From NCBI RefSeq assembly GCF_041146345.1, contig NW_027191405.1:620001-684000 (forward strand): 64,000 nucleotides of DNA. Reading direction: 5' to 3'. The DNA comes from Neodothiora populina (Eukaryota). Positions 49,007 to 62,741 of the stretch are shown piece after piece. Made by a program: the position numbers and the translations under genes. Numbering within the stretch: the stretch's first letter is position 1; each line of letters starts with the position of its first letter. The notes beneath the pieces are model-generated. The model did no database searches. It was given only the letters and a program-made list of their open reading frames with translations, and was not told where the DNA came from.

Positions 49007-52000
49007 ATGGCGGATCTGCAGGAGCTCTTCAGCAGACTGAAGAGTCCAGCTGCTCCTGCTTCCGGCAACTCGACTCCATCGCAGAGTCAGCAAGCGTCCA
49101 TCTGGGCTCAGCCTCAGCCTCAGCATCAGACACAGCCTCATCATCTCCATCACCATCACCACCAGCAGCATGCTATGCCGCCTCCGGGCTACCAGCATCC
49201 CTCTGTCTCTTCTCCCATGTTCTCACCGCCACTGCACACTCCAAACCCCCACCACCCGTCGGCCATCATGAGTCCCACCATGGGCACTCCCCATGCACAG
49301 ACTCCCATGGCTGACGCAAAGGCGAACAATCTCTTGAACCTGCTCAAGTTCAGTGGCAGTCAGCAGCAGCAACAGCAACAGCAACAGCAGCAGAGCCCGA
49401 TGGCTTCTCTGCAGAACATTTCCATTGCCGCACCGCAACAACGCACTCCCTCGATGGGAGCACCACAACCACCTCCTCACGCATCTCAACTGCGCCCGCA
49501 GCAGCACAACCGCAACGTCTCGGCTTCTGATCTGGTAGCCTCTTTCCAGCCCAAGCAGCCGCCCATCGTTATGCGCAACTCGTTCGCCGCCCCGCAGCCC
49601 GACTCACGTCCCGAGGCAGAGGCAGCAGCAGCAGCCAACGCCCCACCGCAGGACACGCAGAACTTCCTGCTTGGCCTCCTCCGTAGACCCAAGCAAGAGG
49701 TTCCCGTCGCCTCTCCCGTGCCTCAGCCGCCCGCCGCCGTCATCGATGATCTGGTCAAGGGTCTGAGAGAAGCTACAATCGAGGCCGCTGTCGCTGACGC
49801 CGTCGAGGACGCTGTTGCCGAGGCCGCCCACGAGGCCAAAGAACACACCCCTGTCAGACACTTTGGTTCTGCCAGCGAGGCTCCTGCACAGTCGGCCTTC
49901 GAGGCGCCCTCATCCGCCAAGCAGGGCCCTGTCTTCACCTACGTCAATCCTTTCGAGCAGCTTTCTGCCACCCCGACCCCCTCCACGCGCACCGCTTCCA
50001 CCAAGCCCGCGCCCGCTACCGCAGCACCCAAGTTCGAGGTGCTCATGCACGGCAAGAGAGACGCTTCCGGAAGTGGCGATGGAGAGCCTGCTGGACATCT
50101 GTCGAAGACGCGCAAGCTCGCTCCCTCGGTCTCTTCGCCCGTCGCATCGCCTCTTCCCACCGACTCTCACGTCTCGCAATCTCCTGCCCACGCCCACGCG
50201 CATGCGCCTGAGGTGGACAACGCAAGCCAGCAGAGCGTGTCGCAGGCTCTCAGTGGCGTAGGTGAAGCTGTCGACAAGCAAGTTGAAAAAGCACTCGCTG
50301 CCGCATCTGAGCCCGCTCCTGCAGCTGTGGACAAGGCCTCGAACGGCGGCAAGAAAGCGACTGTCGACGATGTTGCCGACAGCTGGGAGAGCGCGGATGC
50401 CGAAGAGAGCCCAGTCAATGGCATTTCCTTCGTCGTTCCCGTCTACAACTTCCCCATGAAGCCCTTTGTCTCCATCGCCATTCAGAAGGCCGACAATGTC
50501 ACTCCGGTTCGCCCCGACTCGCTCATGGATGTTGCTCGCCTCAAGAAGGACTTTGAGCAGATCGATCGCACTCTGGTCACCGCCTCGACCAACCACATTG
50601 TCTACTCCATGTCCAAGGATGGCGGCTTCCGCATCATCCGCCAAGACTCTGGCAAGGACAAGAAGGTCTTCACTGGCAGCGAGCGCATCTTCAACCTCAA
50701 CATCACTCCTGCCGCTCGCGGAGCTCACGAAGACACCGAGTCCATCCTGGGCACGGGTGTCAACGGCTCCGTCTTCTGGACAAACATTGTCAAGGTCGAG
50801 GGAGACGCTTGGGACGAGTACAACCTCGAGTCCCAAGGCTTCATCCTTCCTCCGGTCCCCGTCCAGGACGACAACACCTCTGGCAGCCCCGTCAAGACCA
50901 GAGCCAAGATGAGCTCCCGTCACGCCGACTTTTTCGCCATCTCCAGAGGCAAATCAATCTACATCATCGCACCCTACGTCGCTCGCCACGGCACCTATGC
51001 TGACAAGAAGACTCGTGTCGTCGAGAACCAGAAATACCTCGAGGAGCGCTGCCTGAAGATTCACACTGGCAAGGCTGGAAAGGACTTTGCTTTCAGTGAA
51101 GATGACAGCCTCCTCGTGTCCCTCGACAAGAGTGGCCGCATCAAGTTCTGGGACATTCGTGAGATGACCGAGGCAGCCAAGGACACCGGCCTGGGCAAAC
51201 GTCGTTCCATTGAGCTGAAGGCTCCTCTTCTGACCCTGACCGCCACTCTTCCATTGGAGAAGGCAACACCGTCATCCATCATGTTTGTCGACAAGGAGAG
51301 ACCTTGCGTCAAGGGCGTCGCCCTACGCTATCTGATTGTAGGTCTTAAGCAGAACCACATCCTCCAACTATGGGATCTCGGCCTTCACAAGCCTGTCCAG
51401 GAGATTCACTTCCCTCACGACAAGGATTCGGATGCTATCTGCAGCATCGCATACCACCCCAAGACCGGCATCATTGCCCTTGGCCACCCGACACGCAACT
51501 CCATCTACTTCATCCACCTTTCCGCTCCGCGATACAACATCCAGAGTATGGATCAAGCGAGATATGTGACCATGCTTGCGTCCGAAGACCCTGCCCTGGC
51601 TCGTCCCGAGTCAACCGCCATTATGAGTGGCATCCGCGAGCTTTCCTTTGCCTCCAAGGGACAACTCCGCAGCGTGGATATGCTCAAGTCGCCCGTGCCT
51701 TCCGGCGCATCGGAGAATGCTCTGTTCGAGCTCTATGCTATGCATTCCAAGGGTGTCACTACCATCACCATCAAACACGAAGACCTTGGCTGGAGTTCCG
51801 ACAACAAGGTCATGAAGCCTGTCGATGCCGAAGAGGCTTCGTACATCACCGTGTCCGACCTCCGTGCGACTGCCACATCTGTCACCAGTGAAGCAAGCTC
51901 CGAGGTTCCCAGCAAAGCCGCCTCGAAGGCTGCCACGTCCGTGTCTCCCTCGAGACCCGAGGTCACCAAGCCGGTTGCATCCTCTGCGCGCTCCGCTGCG

Positions 52001-53479
52001 AAGGCTGAGATGCCGTCCGCCAATGGTGCTGCCAAGATCGAAAAGCCCAAGAAAGCCACACCTGAGATTGCTAAGCCGGTCGAGCGCGCGACGAACCCGG
52101 CTATTCTTACACCGGCATCATACGCCATGGCTGCTCAGAAGCTGCACTCCCCCTCCACTGAACCGGAACTGTCGTCCGCTAAGAGCGCTGCCAGCCCGGC
52201 TGAAGAGCGCAATGTGGGCATCAACGGCACTGCCTCGGCCAACTCAGTGGACAACAGCAAGTCCATCGATGAGGCCTTCTCTAGACAGCTTGGTGCTCTG
52301 TACAGCAAGCTTGACAACGACAGACGCGTTCAAGATGCTGCTGCCGCAGCCAAGCAGGATGCTGTCCTTCGCCTTGTTTCTAGCACATTGACAGAGAATG
52401 TGGAGAGAAGCTTGTCCCAGATTGTCACCGCTGGCATTACTAATAACGTTTTGCCCAGCATCAATGGTCTGATCACATCTGCACTGGACCGCAAGCTGGA
52501 ATCAGCATTGTCAGCATCACTCTCGGCATCTGTCTCCAAGGAGGTCAAGGCCGCTATGCCTGCCGCTATAGCCCTTGCCCTTCAGGACAAGGAGTTGCAT
52601 CGCTCCATCTCGGAACAGGCCGCAAGCAAGGTCGCAGCTCAAACCGAGCAGGCTTTCGCCACCGTTCTCCGTAACTCCATCGTCCCCAACTTCACCAAGT
52701 TGGCAGTCTCTGCTACTGAAAAGGCCGTTGGCGATGTAGAACGCCGCTTTGCGGAGCAGCTTCGTCAATCGCAAGCCCAACGTCAGCAAGACAACGCCAG
52801 GATCGAACAGTTGACCAATCTTGTCGCCTCGTTGTCTAACACTGTCGATGGTATGGCAGCTTCACAAGCAGCTTTCCAGGAGCAGATACTCAAACTGCAG
52901 CGACAAGGTGGTACAGAAGTCCGCGGAGGATCTAACGCATCTGCCGCATCCGATGACAGAGCCGAGGTCACTTCCCCTTCTGCGGAAGAGAGGGAGGTGC
53001 AAGCTGTCACAAGCTTGATGACCCAAGGAAAGTACGAGGAGGCGACTATCCAGGTAAGAAACCCCCCTGATAACTATCCCTATATCACTTTTCCTTTCGG
53101 GATCACGTTTACTGACTTTCGATAGTGGTTGCAATCCCCACGCCAGGCGGAGCTCTTCGACCAGCTCTTTGTCCGCGTCAATCCTCAATACCTCCAGAGA
53201 CTCAGCCCTCTGGTCTCGTTGTCGGTCTCGGCTGCTCTGACCGCTTCCTTTGGCAAGAACGTCAACGAGCGCCTCGAGTGGCTGGCAAGCGTATTGTCGA
53301 CCATCAACCTTCAAGATCCCGAGATCCGCGAGGTCGCACCCAAGATCATGGATGTCTTGCAACAGCGCATGCAAGGTGCATTCATGACCATTGCTGATGT
53401 CAACGGCCAGGATCCGGCCTTGCGCAAGATCTCGCACTTGTCTCGCCAGATCGCTGAGATTAAGAACCTCACCGAGTGA
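49007..53479 (+). CDS. EDC4/Ge-1/Pdc1-like mRNA decapping scaffold
   Basis: Low-complexity N-terminus, WD40 propeller (LDKSGRIKFWDI, NHILQLWDL), coiled coil, and a C-terminal helical domain YEEATIQWLQS...LSPLVSLSVSAALT. Intron 53054-53125. Assigned from architecture. Confidence 0.8.
49361..49393 (+). repeat. CAG/CAA repeat encoding Q11 in the EDC4-like protein
   Basis: cagcagcagcaacagcaacagcaacagcagcag. Confidence 0.85.
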
Positions 53480-54397
53480 AGAAGCGAAGAACGGGACAGC
53501 GTGACTCTTTGATCAATCCGAAGTATAGCGTCTATGCTCTTTATGAGACCAGACCAAAAGTTACTCACCTCTGAAGACCATGTCGAACAGTGCTGAAATA
53601 ATGCCTGCCTGATAGTCATCTCGCTCAACGAGGGGTTGGAACACTCTAGCGGCGGGTTCACACGTCTTAGCATCTCATGGCTAGCCACGTCTTTTTCCGA
53701 ACCATTGACTTGGTTATGAACATTACATTGGACCATGAGATTTCACGAAAAGGGAGCAGTTGTGTACGAAGTAAAGCAGAGAAGGAGCGGAGAGCTCGCC
53801 CGAAAGCAAAGGAGAAGACCCAAGAGCGTCTGGGGATGAACGCTTCGAAGATGATCTCGTGAGAGGAAGGTGGTGGAATGACGAACGTGTAACTGTAAAA
53901 AGGGGACCGGGAGTGGCGAGAGGAAGTAGCTGATTGTTACCAAAATTGCAAGCATTGTCTTTTTATTCTTACTGCTTCACGATCCAACCAAGTACGTTTC
54001 TTCTTCTTCTTTGTAACGATGTCACAGTGTCAAAAGAGGGTTTTCTTTTTCCATGTACAAATATTGTAATGTGGACTGTCTGAGTAAATTTTGATTTTTT
54101 CCAATTTGTGGATATCGTAGCCCATAGCACGAATAGATAGATTAAAAAAACGGCCGTCACATTCTTTTCTTCGAAAGTCTCATTTCGTCCAACCCACCGA
54201 CCAACCACCACCCGGCCCTCGAAACCACCCAACGAGTTCAGTCTTTTCGTTCTCTCACGATCATGAGAGACGAAGACAATAAGTTTATATAAACAGAAAA
54301 GAAGGGCAAAGCATAAAGAAAGACACTTAAAAGAGACAAAATATCCGCCGATCCCCAAAACCCACCCGACCCATTAGCCGCTTTCCTGTTTCTTCCT

Positions 54398-56128
54398 CTA
54401 CCTCTGGTGATAATCCTCCGTCAAGACGACAGGACCAGTATACACCTTTCTGGCCCTCAAGAACCAATCCAGCAGCGAAAAGAAGATGACAGCGAAGAAC
54501 ATGACCAGACTCCAGTTGAAGTCGACGACGTCGGTGGGCGTCGTCTGCGGCCAGAAGCACCAGAAGAACGCAAACGACGAGTAGAGGAATGCGAAGGCGT
54601 TGATGGGGACGCCCCAGCGGCCCAGCGACCAGCGGCATTGAGGCAGGAGTTCCGGGTGCACGACGCGGCGGTAGAGCACGCAGCCGATGGAGACCATGTA
54701 GGTTATCATTAGAGAGGTCAGATTCAGAGAGACGATTGCGTTGAAGGCGGCGTCGGAGCCGATGTTGATCAGTGACAAGAGGATCGTGAACATGCACGTT
54801 ACCGAGACCGAGTTTACGGGCACGTCGAGTTTGGGGTGGACCGCTGCGATCCACTTGGAGAAGGGCAGGCCGTCGTCGCGCGCGAACGCCCAGGTTTGGC
54901 GGGATGTGGACAGGTTGTAGGATAGGGTGCCGGCGTAGATCAGGATGACGACAATGGCGGATAGAGTGTTGAAGGCGGGGCGGCTGAAGGCTTCGGTGAA
55001 GACGAACATGTAGGGGTAGCCGGATCCGTTGTTTGCGTCGTCGATTGCGCCGTCGATGTCGACGATGCAGAAGAGGTAGGTGATCAGAAAGACAATACCC
55101 AGGGCGCCGTTCAGGCAGTAAGACCAGAGCATGGCGCGGGGCACGGCCTTGCCTGCGTCCTTGATCTCCTCTGACATGTGGGCTGCTGCGTCTGAGCAGA
55201 TGCAAGCGTAGATGGCAGAGATCTGTCCGACCATGAGGGACAGGCCCATTGTGCTCCATCCACCAGTGTTAGTGAAAACGGTGAAGACGGTCTCTGCCGT
55301 GTTGCGAGGAGCTAGCACCCAGATGCAGACGATGATGGCGAGGAAGCCAAAAACGTGAACGATCAACATGATGTTTTGGAACACCGGCATGACCTTGGCG
55401 CCCCAGATGTTTGATACCCAGACGAGGCAGGTGATTGCAATGACGAAAAGCGTGCCTTGCCAGTTAGTGTAGGCGTAGTCTTGGTCCGCTTCCCAGATCA
55501 TGGACTGGATCAGTGTTCCCACAAGGTAAGGTCCAGAGGCAGTTCCAGCCTGCCATGAGAGCGTCGACATCCATCCGGTCATGTAACTCAGAATCTTCTG
55601 TTGGCTGGGAGGCGCAAACTCGGAGACCCAATGGTATTGTCCGCCGGAAGTTGGAGCCATCGAGGCCATCTCAGCCAGACTCAGGACCACAAAGGAAAAT
55701 CCGAAAAACGTCCAGACGAACGACCAGACAAGACCTGCGAGACCACCATTCTCCAGACCTTGCGTCGTGGCTGTGAGAAGAACCTCCCATGTTCCTTGAA
55801 GAATGATGGTGAAGGCAATAGTCGATAGTGTACGGAAGTTTCTCTGTAAGAAAACATGAGCTCGAGGGTATATCATGAGCACATATATCAGTCAACCCAC
55901 CCTTAGCTCTTGCTTCTTGCCCATGCGCTTCATCTCGCGCGCATCTAATCTGGTGAAACCCTCATCCTTTTGCTGATTGCGCAAGTGCCCATGGTAATCG
56001 TCGAGATCGACATCATCATCAACACCGTCGAAATTCCTGATTTCGCGACTCTTCTGGTTGACTTCGTCCTTGACAATCCCGCCTTGTGGTGCAGATGGCA
56101 CGTCAGATGACGATGAGGAGGCTGCCAT
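54398..56128 (-). CDS. APC-superfamily amino acid/choline/GABA permease (Uga4/Hnm1-like)
   Basis: MGKKQELR|RNFRTLS, SLAEMASMAPTSGGQYHWVSEFAP, DAAAHMSEEIKDA, SRQTWAFARDDGLPFS. Intron 55900-55844. Confidence 0.93.
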
Positions 56129-57915
56129 AATTCCGACACTTTATGATCAAAAGTGAGGTATGTGATTGACAACAGCGACAGCGGGCAGGGAAAGAAAAGA
56201 AAGAATAGGAAAAAGAGAAGATTATAGTAGCTTGTACTGTCCCACGCTGTGCCACCCTACCATTGAAGCTAAGGTCTCTCGACTCAGCACGGTATATGCA
56301 TGTTAGTGATCATCGAAGGTAGCATATCTTTAGATTGGCTTCTCGAGGGTCTTTGGTGTCGGTAGTGGCGTGGCGAGATCCACCTTCGTGCATCCCGTCG
56401 TGCCGCCTCGTCGAAGACGTACGGAAGGCCTGTGCAGCTACAAGAGCTATAGAACGCGAGAATACACTTCCAACGGTCTCAGACCGGTTCGTCGCGTAGA
56501 AAGTGACTTGGCAGACCTTTTTTCCTTTGTTCTTACGTTTGTCGTAGCATGACCCACAACTGCTTGTTTAGAGTTTTTGCACACTGGCCTCGGTAGAACC
56601 AATATGGATGGTGATACTGCTACAGAGTAGTATCATAAAGTAAAAAGTTGCGCCACGCGTCGTGTAACGTTGTGGAAGAATGCCTGAGTCGTAAAAGTTC
56701 AAACCCATCGTGATCAGTAGTCCTTCAATAGAGGATGCACGATGTCGAGGCACACGTCGTTCTAGAAGTTGCAGCGATAGCTTCTTCGTCGCATGTTTTT
56801 CCAAACAGTGTTAGCCTTTGCGAGGCGCCACATTGCTTCAATTGCGGTCAGCTAGTAGTGCAGGCTGCCAAGTAGATATGAGAAGCGACCTCGGGTTTTT
56901 CGAGGCGATCTACCCTGCGACATGTGTGAGGGCTGAAGCAGAAGCCTTGGCCGGAGCAACGATTTGATGTTGAGAGTCGACAGATTGGGGTGAAGTGGGG
57001 CCCGTGGCACGCTCGCGTTTCATAAAGCGGAGTAGGCCGACCACCTGATGGGGGGCTAATGGGGCATGCTAATGTACAGTATTGCTGTCAGAAAGGAAAA
57101 CGTGCCAACTTTGACTACTGTAGGTGCATATGACCGTTGCAGAATGTACGGAGTACCGAGGACCACTAGTGGGCTCACACTCTCGCTTCCAGTTTAACGA
57201 TATGAAGAGGCTGCCCAGGCGATATATCAGGGGCTGTTATAGAACAAAATCAGATACTAGATAGAGAACCAGGATTTCGATTTGTGTTGTTGTCCTTTCT
57301 CATCAGTAAATTGCGGGCCACAATGGAGATGCGGAGGCACCACACACGCTGGAGTTTGACCAAGCGAGGTCACGGACAAAAAAGCTAAAATGATCCTCTC
57401 TCGGTGTAGGCTTTTTTGAACATCATCAGAAGGATGGTGAAGAGGAACTAAGATCTCTTTGCAATCAACCGAAACGCAGGTGGGGCGTCGCCCAAACAGA
57501 TCACCCAGATCCATTCACATGGCTCATGTTCTAGGTCCACAGGTCCCTCGTGCGTGGCAGAGGTCAGACCGAGCCCTTGTATCTAGTCAATATATCGCGT
57601 GAGCGCGCTCCACAAGGCACATCTACCCATACAAGTACAATTCTTTCACACCACCGAAGAGGCGGCCTTCCCGTGGTGGAGATTGCAAAAGTGTACTTTA
57701 GTGTTCTGTGCCACTACCATAGGTTTACAGAACCTAATCCGAGATTGTCCATCATAGCTTCGGATGTCAGAAGACGCTGTGAGCCCTGCGCACTGTAGGA
57801 GTTGTAATCAAATCTCTTGGCAGATCGTGTATGCCAGATGCCCTGACAATAATTCATACACACTGAGGTTAAGATAAAGGGGGCATTACACATTCTCGAC
57901 CACACAATCCCAGCC

Positions 57916-59240
57916 ATGTCAAAGTCGACCGACCCTGGTCATTTCTTTCAGACTTCGTGAGCTTATACCTTTGTGCCTTTGATAAGCTTGATTTCACACA
58001 TATGCTGAAACAGCCTAAAGGGACTCGCTTGCGACAAGTGCACGCAAAAGTGCTAAGTCCGAAAATAAGAATGGAAATCCCATCTCGCTACCGTCCAAGA
58101 TCTTAGCTATAGAGTACGATGCGACAGATGCAGGTGCCGTCTATGTCGCGGAAGCTGCTGGCACCGCGCGGCGTGTAGTTCTAGAAGTGTGTGATTCTCG
58201 TGTGCGAATCTACAACTCTGACTCGATATTGACATGTTTGATAGACGGGAGAGAAATTAGCTGCCTATGCAGGAGCAAATGCTCCGCTGACATGCATTGC
58301 TCTCTCACCTCCTTCGACTGATGGGGCAGAGCGCATGCTGTTCGCTGGATGTTGGGATAAGACCATCCATTCATGGTCGCTCAAATCACGTAAACCAATT
58401 CGTCGCTTTACTGGTCATACAGACTTTGTGAAATGCGTCACCGTAGTCACTATTTCTGGACAACTTGTCTTGATATCAGGTAGCTCAGACGCTACCATCA
58501 TTATCTGGGACATAGCTACCGGAAAGAAGTTACACACCTTGAAGGGCCACGCTCGAGGCATATTGGATGTTGCAATTGACCCAGCATCAAGCACCAAGGA
58601 TGAGATTGTGCTGTTCAGCGCGGACAGTGTGAAAGACATCCGTCGTTGGCGTGTATCGTTGGCAGCAGCCGGCGAGCTGCCAGATGAGCCCATTCGCGCA
58701 CACGAGACGTCTGTCAACAAGCTCCGCTTCGAGGAGCCTGTGGCCGCCGACGAAGACGATGCAGATGCAGATGCAGATTTGTGGACCGCATCGTCAGACA
58801 ACACGGCTCAACACCTAGTGCGCTCGCGCAACTGGGCTGCGGACACAACTTTGCAACACCCCGACTTCGTGCGCGATATAGTCGTTGATCAAGATGCCGG
58901 CTGGGTAATCACTGCGTGCAGAGACGAGGAAGTGCGCGTGTGGAATGGATCCACCGGCGACTTGACGTGTGTATTCGACGGGCACTACGAGGAAGTCACG
59001 GGTTTGGCTCTGCTCCCTGGCGCAGATGGGCAAAGGGCGAACAGAGTGGTCAGTGTTAGTATCGACGCCACTGTCAGAACATGGAGCCTCGATGCTGCTG
59101 AAATCAAAAAGTTCAAGGAAGAAGCCGAACGAAGAGCACAAGGTGTCGAAGACCAGCCAAAGGAAGAAGTGAAAGAGAGTATGCTCACAATGGAGGAGGA
59201 GGCTGAATTGGCTGAACTGATGGATAGCGACGACGAATAG
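57916..59240 (+). CDS. WD40-repeat protein (3 exons)
   Basis: GHTDFVKCV...SGSSDATIIIWD, GHARGILDV, GHYEEVTGL...SIDATVRTWS. Introns 57957-58020 and ~58187-58244. Acidic C-terminus. Confidence 0.88.
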
Positions 59241-59278
59241 ATTATACTATCGTACGTTGTCATGATGTTATTACAAAA

Positions 59279-62023
59279 CTATCTATCTACAACTAAATTT
59301 CGTGATACGGGGTCATACAGCTCCTCCTCTTCGTCAACTAAACCAACAAGCCTCCTCTCGGCGAGCAGAGCAATCTTCTCGTTTAGTGTATCCCGACCAA
59401 ATCTTGTAGCAATCTTGCCAGCAGCCTCGAGCATCCGCCCTGAGTGATCTTTCATCAACGTCACGATCTCAAGAGCCTTCATACCCCGCTCCTCGCCCTC
59501 TCTGCATTCTGCCGCAAGCAGCTGCAGAAGCACCTTGTTGACCTCCAATTCGCGTTGTGACAACTCCACCTTTTGTGCTTGCGTAGAGTTCGTATGCGAC
59601 ACGAGGTCGTCTTGGAGGTCTAGTAGGAGTGAATTGAGAACGAAATTCTCCTCCAACTTCTCGACTTCATTCTCCTCATCGTCATCTTCCATATCGACAT
59701 GGCTAGATATCGGGATCTTGAAGTCAAAGTCTGAAAGCAATGGTCTGGGGAAATACGGATACTTCTCGCCACCTTTCAAGATGATGCAATGGAACTTGTC
59801 CATCGCTACAGCCACTGGCCAGTAGCTTTCTTCCTTACGGCCCGTTGCTAGTCGATCGAGTTGACTACTATCGAGCAGAGGTACCCACTTCGCTTGTCCA
59901 GGTGTTCGCCAGTGCAGACAGATGAGCAATATGCCCTCGGAATCATATATGCAGGGGTCACCCTTGTCCGACCAAAAGACTGACTGAAGCTCTGCACCTT
60001 CTGGCAGGGGAAGCATATCCTCAGATTGACAGACCTCGTCACGCTTGACATTCTCAATAGTATAGAGAAGTTTAGTAGACCCGTCGCCGCCGATGGGACC
60101 ATTGCCGATGGTGAGTACATAATCCCTCCAGGAAGCACAAGCCACTGCTGGGCCGCTCTTTTGACGATACACTCGGAATGGCACACCATACAGGGTGTAC
60201 ACGCGCACATAGCCCTTGGAAATAGTGACAACAATGCAGCTGGAGCTGAGACTCAACGAAGTTACTTCTTCGCCGCGAGGCAGTGTCGTTCGCCAGTCCG
60301 TTCGAGCCGTCCAGGTCTCATGCGGACGGAAGTATATGAGGCTCCCATGTTCACTGGATGGCGGACAAGAAAACGCGGCTCCGTGCTCGCCTAGGCAGGC
60401 TTTGTCATAAAGGAATGGATCTGTGAAATGGAAATCTCGATGGGCTGCGCGATCATAAAACTCCACGGTGATTGTGTGGTGGGTTTCCTGGTCAACAGTC
60501 CAGATGAAGCCTGTAAGATTAAGACATAGGTAGCGTCGATTCCCTCGCCATGGTGTACTTCCCGGCTGGAAAGAGTGGTGGATACGAGGTTGCCATTTAT
60601 GGCTAGAGTATGATCTCTTCACCAGAGGTGCCTGTAGATCAGCGCCAGGACGCTTGCCGTTCACGTTGATGTCCTCTACATAGCCAGCTCCATCATCGTC
60701 TTCAATAAACGGATCTCCACCCTCAGACATAGCATCGGGACCCAATATGTCGTCTAACGAATCGGGTGTACCTGCTCGTCTGCGTTCGGCGGGCTTCTCT
60801 CCATTCATCATGGGTCGTCGTACGTTCCCTGATACTTCAGACAGAGGTTCGTTGAGCATAGGCGCTCTGGCCAATACCCTTTCCAATAGAGGCTGGTGCT
60901 CGTTGGGGACGAAGCCGGCATGCATATACAATTCACCATCATAAGTTGTGTATGACAAAAGGTTGTCAGTCGGATGCCATGCAAGTGCAGATACGGGCTC
61001 TCTGTCGCTCGTGGATCTGTCTTCGATTAGCATTCGTAGAGTCTTGAAAAGTTATGGACCATCCCTGAGCTCACCTAACAACTGCTTGCTGTGTTTGAGT
61101 ATCCCAGAGCGTAATGTTCAAGTCATCCCCGGCCGTTGCAAGAAGTGCGCCATTAGGAGACCACGCGACAGCAGTGAAGTCGCCTTTCTGGCCACTACTG
61201 AAGTACTTTTGGTTCGCCCAGTCATTGCGTGATACAACCTGTACAGCTTGGGAACCATTAGCGACGTCGTCAACTGAGTTCTTAGAATAGCTTACATTTG
61301 GTAGGGGTCGGTGCGGCAAGGGCTCTGCCGTCAGGATGCCAGATGACTTTAGCATTCGACTGTGAGTCGGTCTCGACCATCTTTATCAACCCATCCAAGC
61401 GCTTTACCAATTGAGGCTCCTCTGAGCTCAAAGAATAAATGTACACAATTCCATCAGAACACGAAACGGCCAGCATCGAGCCACTATGATCGAAAGAAAC
61501 ATGCTTGACAGGTCGAGACTGTTCTCTAAGGTACATCACTCTTGTCATATCCTCAGTATTTATTACCTTAACAACAAGCTCGCTATGACTTATTAGCACA
61601 AACTTCAGTACCACAACCGAAGTCTATAGCTTACTCGGTGGCGACCGCAACCCATTGACCGTCCGGCGAAAGTGCAACATCCCGTACAGGCAAGGTGCTT
61701 CTCACGAGGACCTCGTCTAGAGCATTGCTGGAAAGTGAGTATTTACAGACACTACCATCTTCGGAACCAGCGACGAAGAAAGAGTTAGCCGCTGCAACAG
61801 CTGTATGTGCATCTTGCTGAACATCGATGTTGACTGGTTCGGCATCGGATCCTGTCGTGAAGACACGAATCACATTATTGAGACCAACAGTGATCAGTTG
61901 TCGACCATCGGGGGTGTATGCCAGATATGTTGGGCCAGGCGCATCTTTGACTGTTAGTGCGTGATCAGAAATTGTAATCGTATTTCACTTACGGGCCGGT
62001 CTTGCACGAGGCCTTGAACTCAT
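59279..62023 (-). CDS. CTF4: Ctf4/Mcl1/SepB (AND-1) replisome hub protein, multi-exon
   Basis: N-terminal WD40 (LAYTPDGR, LPVRDVALSPDG); SepB domain FQPGSTPWRGNRRYLCLNLTG, VEFYD, GYVRVYTLYG, GDPCIYDSEG, ESYWPVAV, YPYFPRP. Five GT-AG introns between 61017 and 61992. Confidence 0.93.
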
Positions 62024-62070
62024 TGCTTATTTGATATCTTTCGAGTGTTGACTTATTCGAAAACATCAAT

Positions 62071-62132
62071 ACGCGGCGAAAGCGGAGGCTTAGAGGTCCT
62101 TAATGGGAGACGCGACTTTACGCGTGACGTGA
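62071..62132. promoter_or_regulatory. MCB-like (ACGCG/ACGCGT) cluster in the divergent CTF4-CHZ1 promoter
   Basis: ACGCG at 62071 and 62110, perfect ACGCGT at 62120-62125, within a 319-bp divergent intergenic region. Confidence 0.6.
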
Positions 62133-62342
62133 CAAATTGGCGACCGGGTCTAAGCTTCACTTGGTACTCAGGACTCAGGACAAACAGTTCTGTCGCATCA
62201 AAACAGTCCATCGCAAAACCATAATCTGCTTCTCACAACTCGATAAGTCATACTTTTTTGTTACATAAACGACCGCATCAACAGATCGCCATATATCCTC
62301 ATTCCCACGAAAGCTACTCAACCATTGCATATCTATAACAAG

Positions 62343-62741
62343 ATGAGCGACGAGATCAAGAACACCGAGGCCTCTGCCGCCGAGCAACAAGAGGTTCAGA
62401 GCAAGGGCAAGGGCAAGGCTCCTGCTACTGAGGATCTCAGCATGGATGAGGAGAGCTCATCAGAAGAGGAAGATCAGGTTGGTATTGTCTGAGACTTCAC
62501 GAATCTTGAGATCTGAACTGATAGAATGATTTGGCAGGGCCGTCAAGATGAGCAGCCACTCGAAGAGGCTGATGAGGACAACATGGAGGAGATCGATGAG
62601 AGCAACATCATTACCGGCGGTAGACGTACCCGTGGCAAGAACATTGACTTCGCCAAGGCTGCGCAAGAGCTCGGTGATGACGAGGAAGACGAGGACGACG
62701 ATGGTGATTTCGAGGATCCTGATGACGAGATGAAGGAGTAA
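62343..62741 (+). CDS. CHZ1: Histone H2A.Z chaperone Chz1
   Basis: Small acidic protein with CHZ motif DNMEEIDESNIITGGRRTRGKNIDF. Intron 62478-62538. Confidence 0.92.

Noticed and set aside
49910..50923. 337-aa antisense ORF (and similar antisense ORFs over ADK1, FAD2, TIF6 and the permease)
   Set aside because: Shadow ORFs produced by strong C-ending codon bias of the real gene on the opposite strand.
22474..62741. RAD23, SAE2, CTF4 and CHZ1 as a DNA-repair gene cluster
   Set aside because: Spread over 40 kb and interleaved with unrelated genes; compatible with ordinary gene order.
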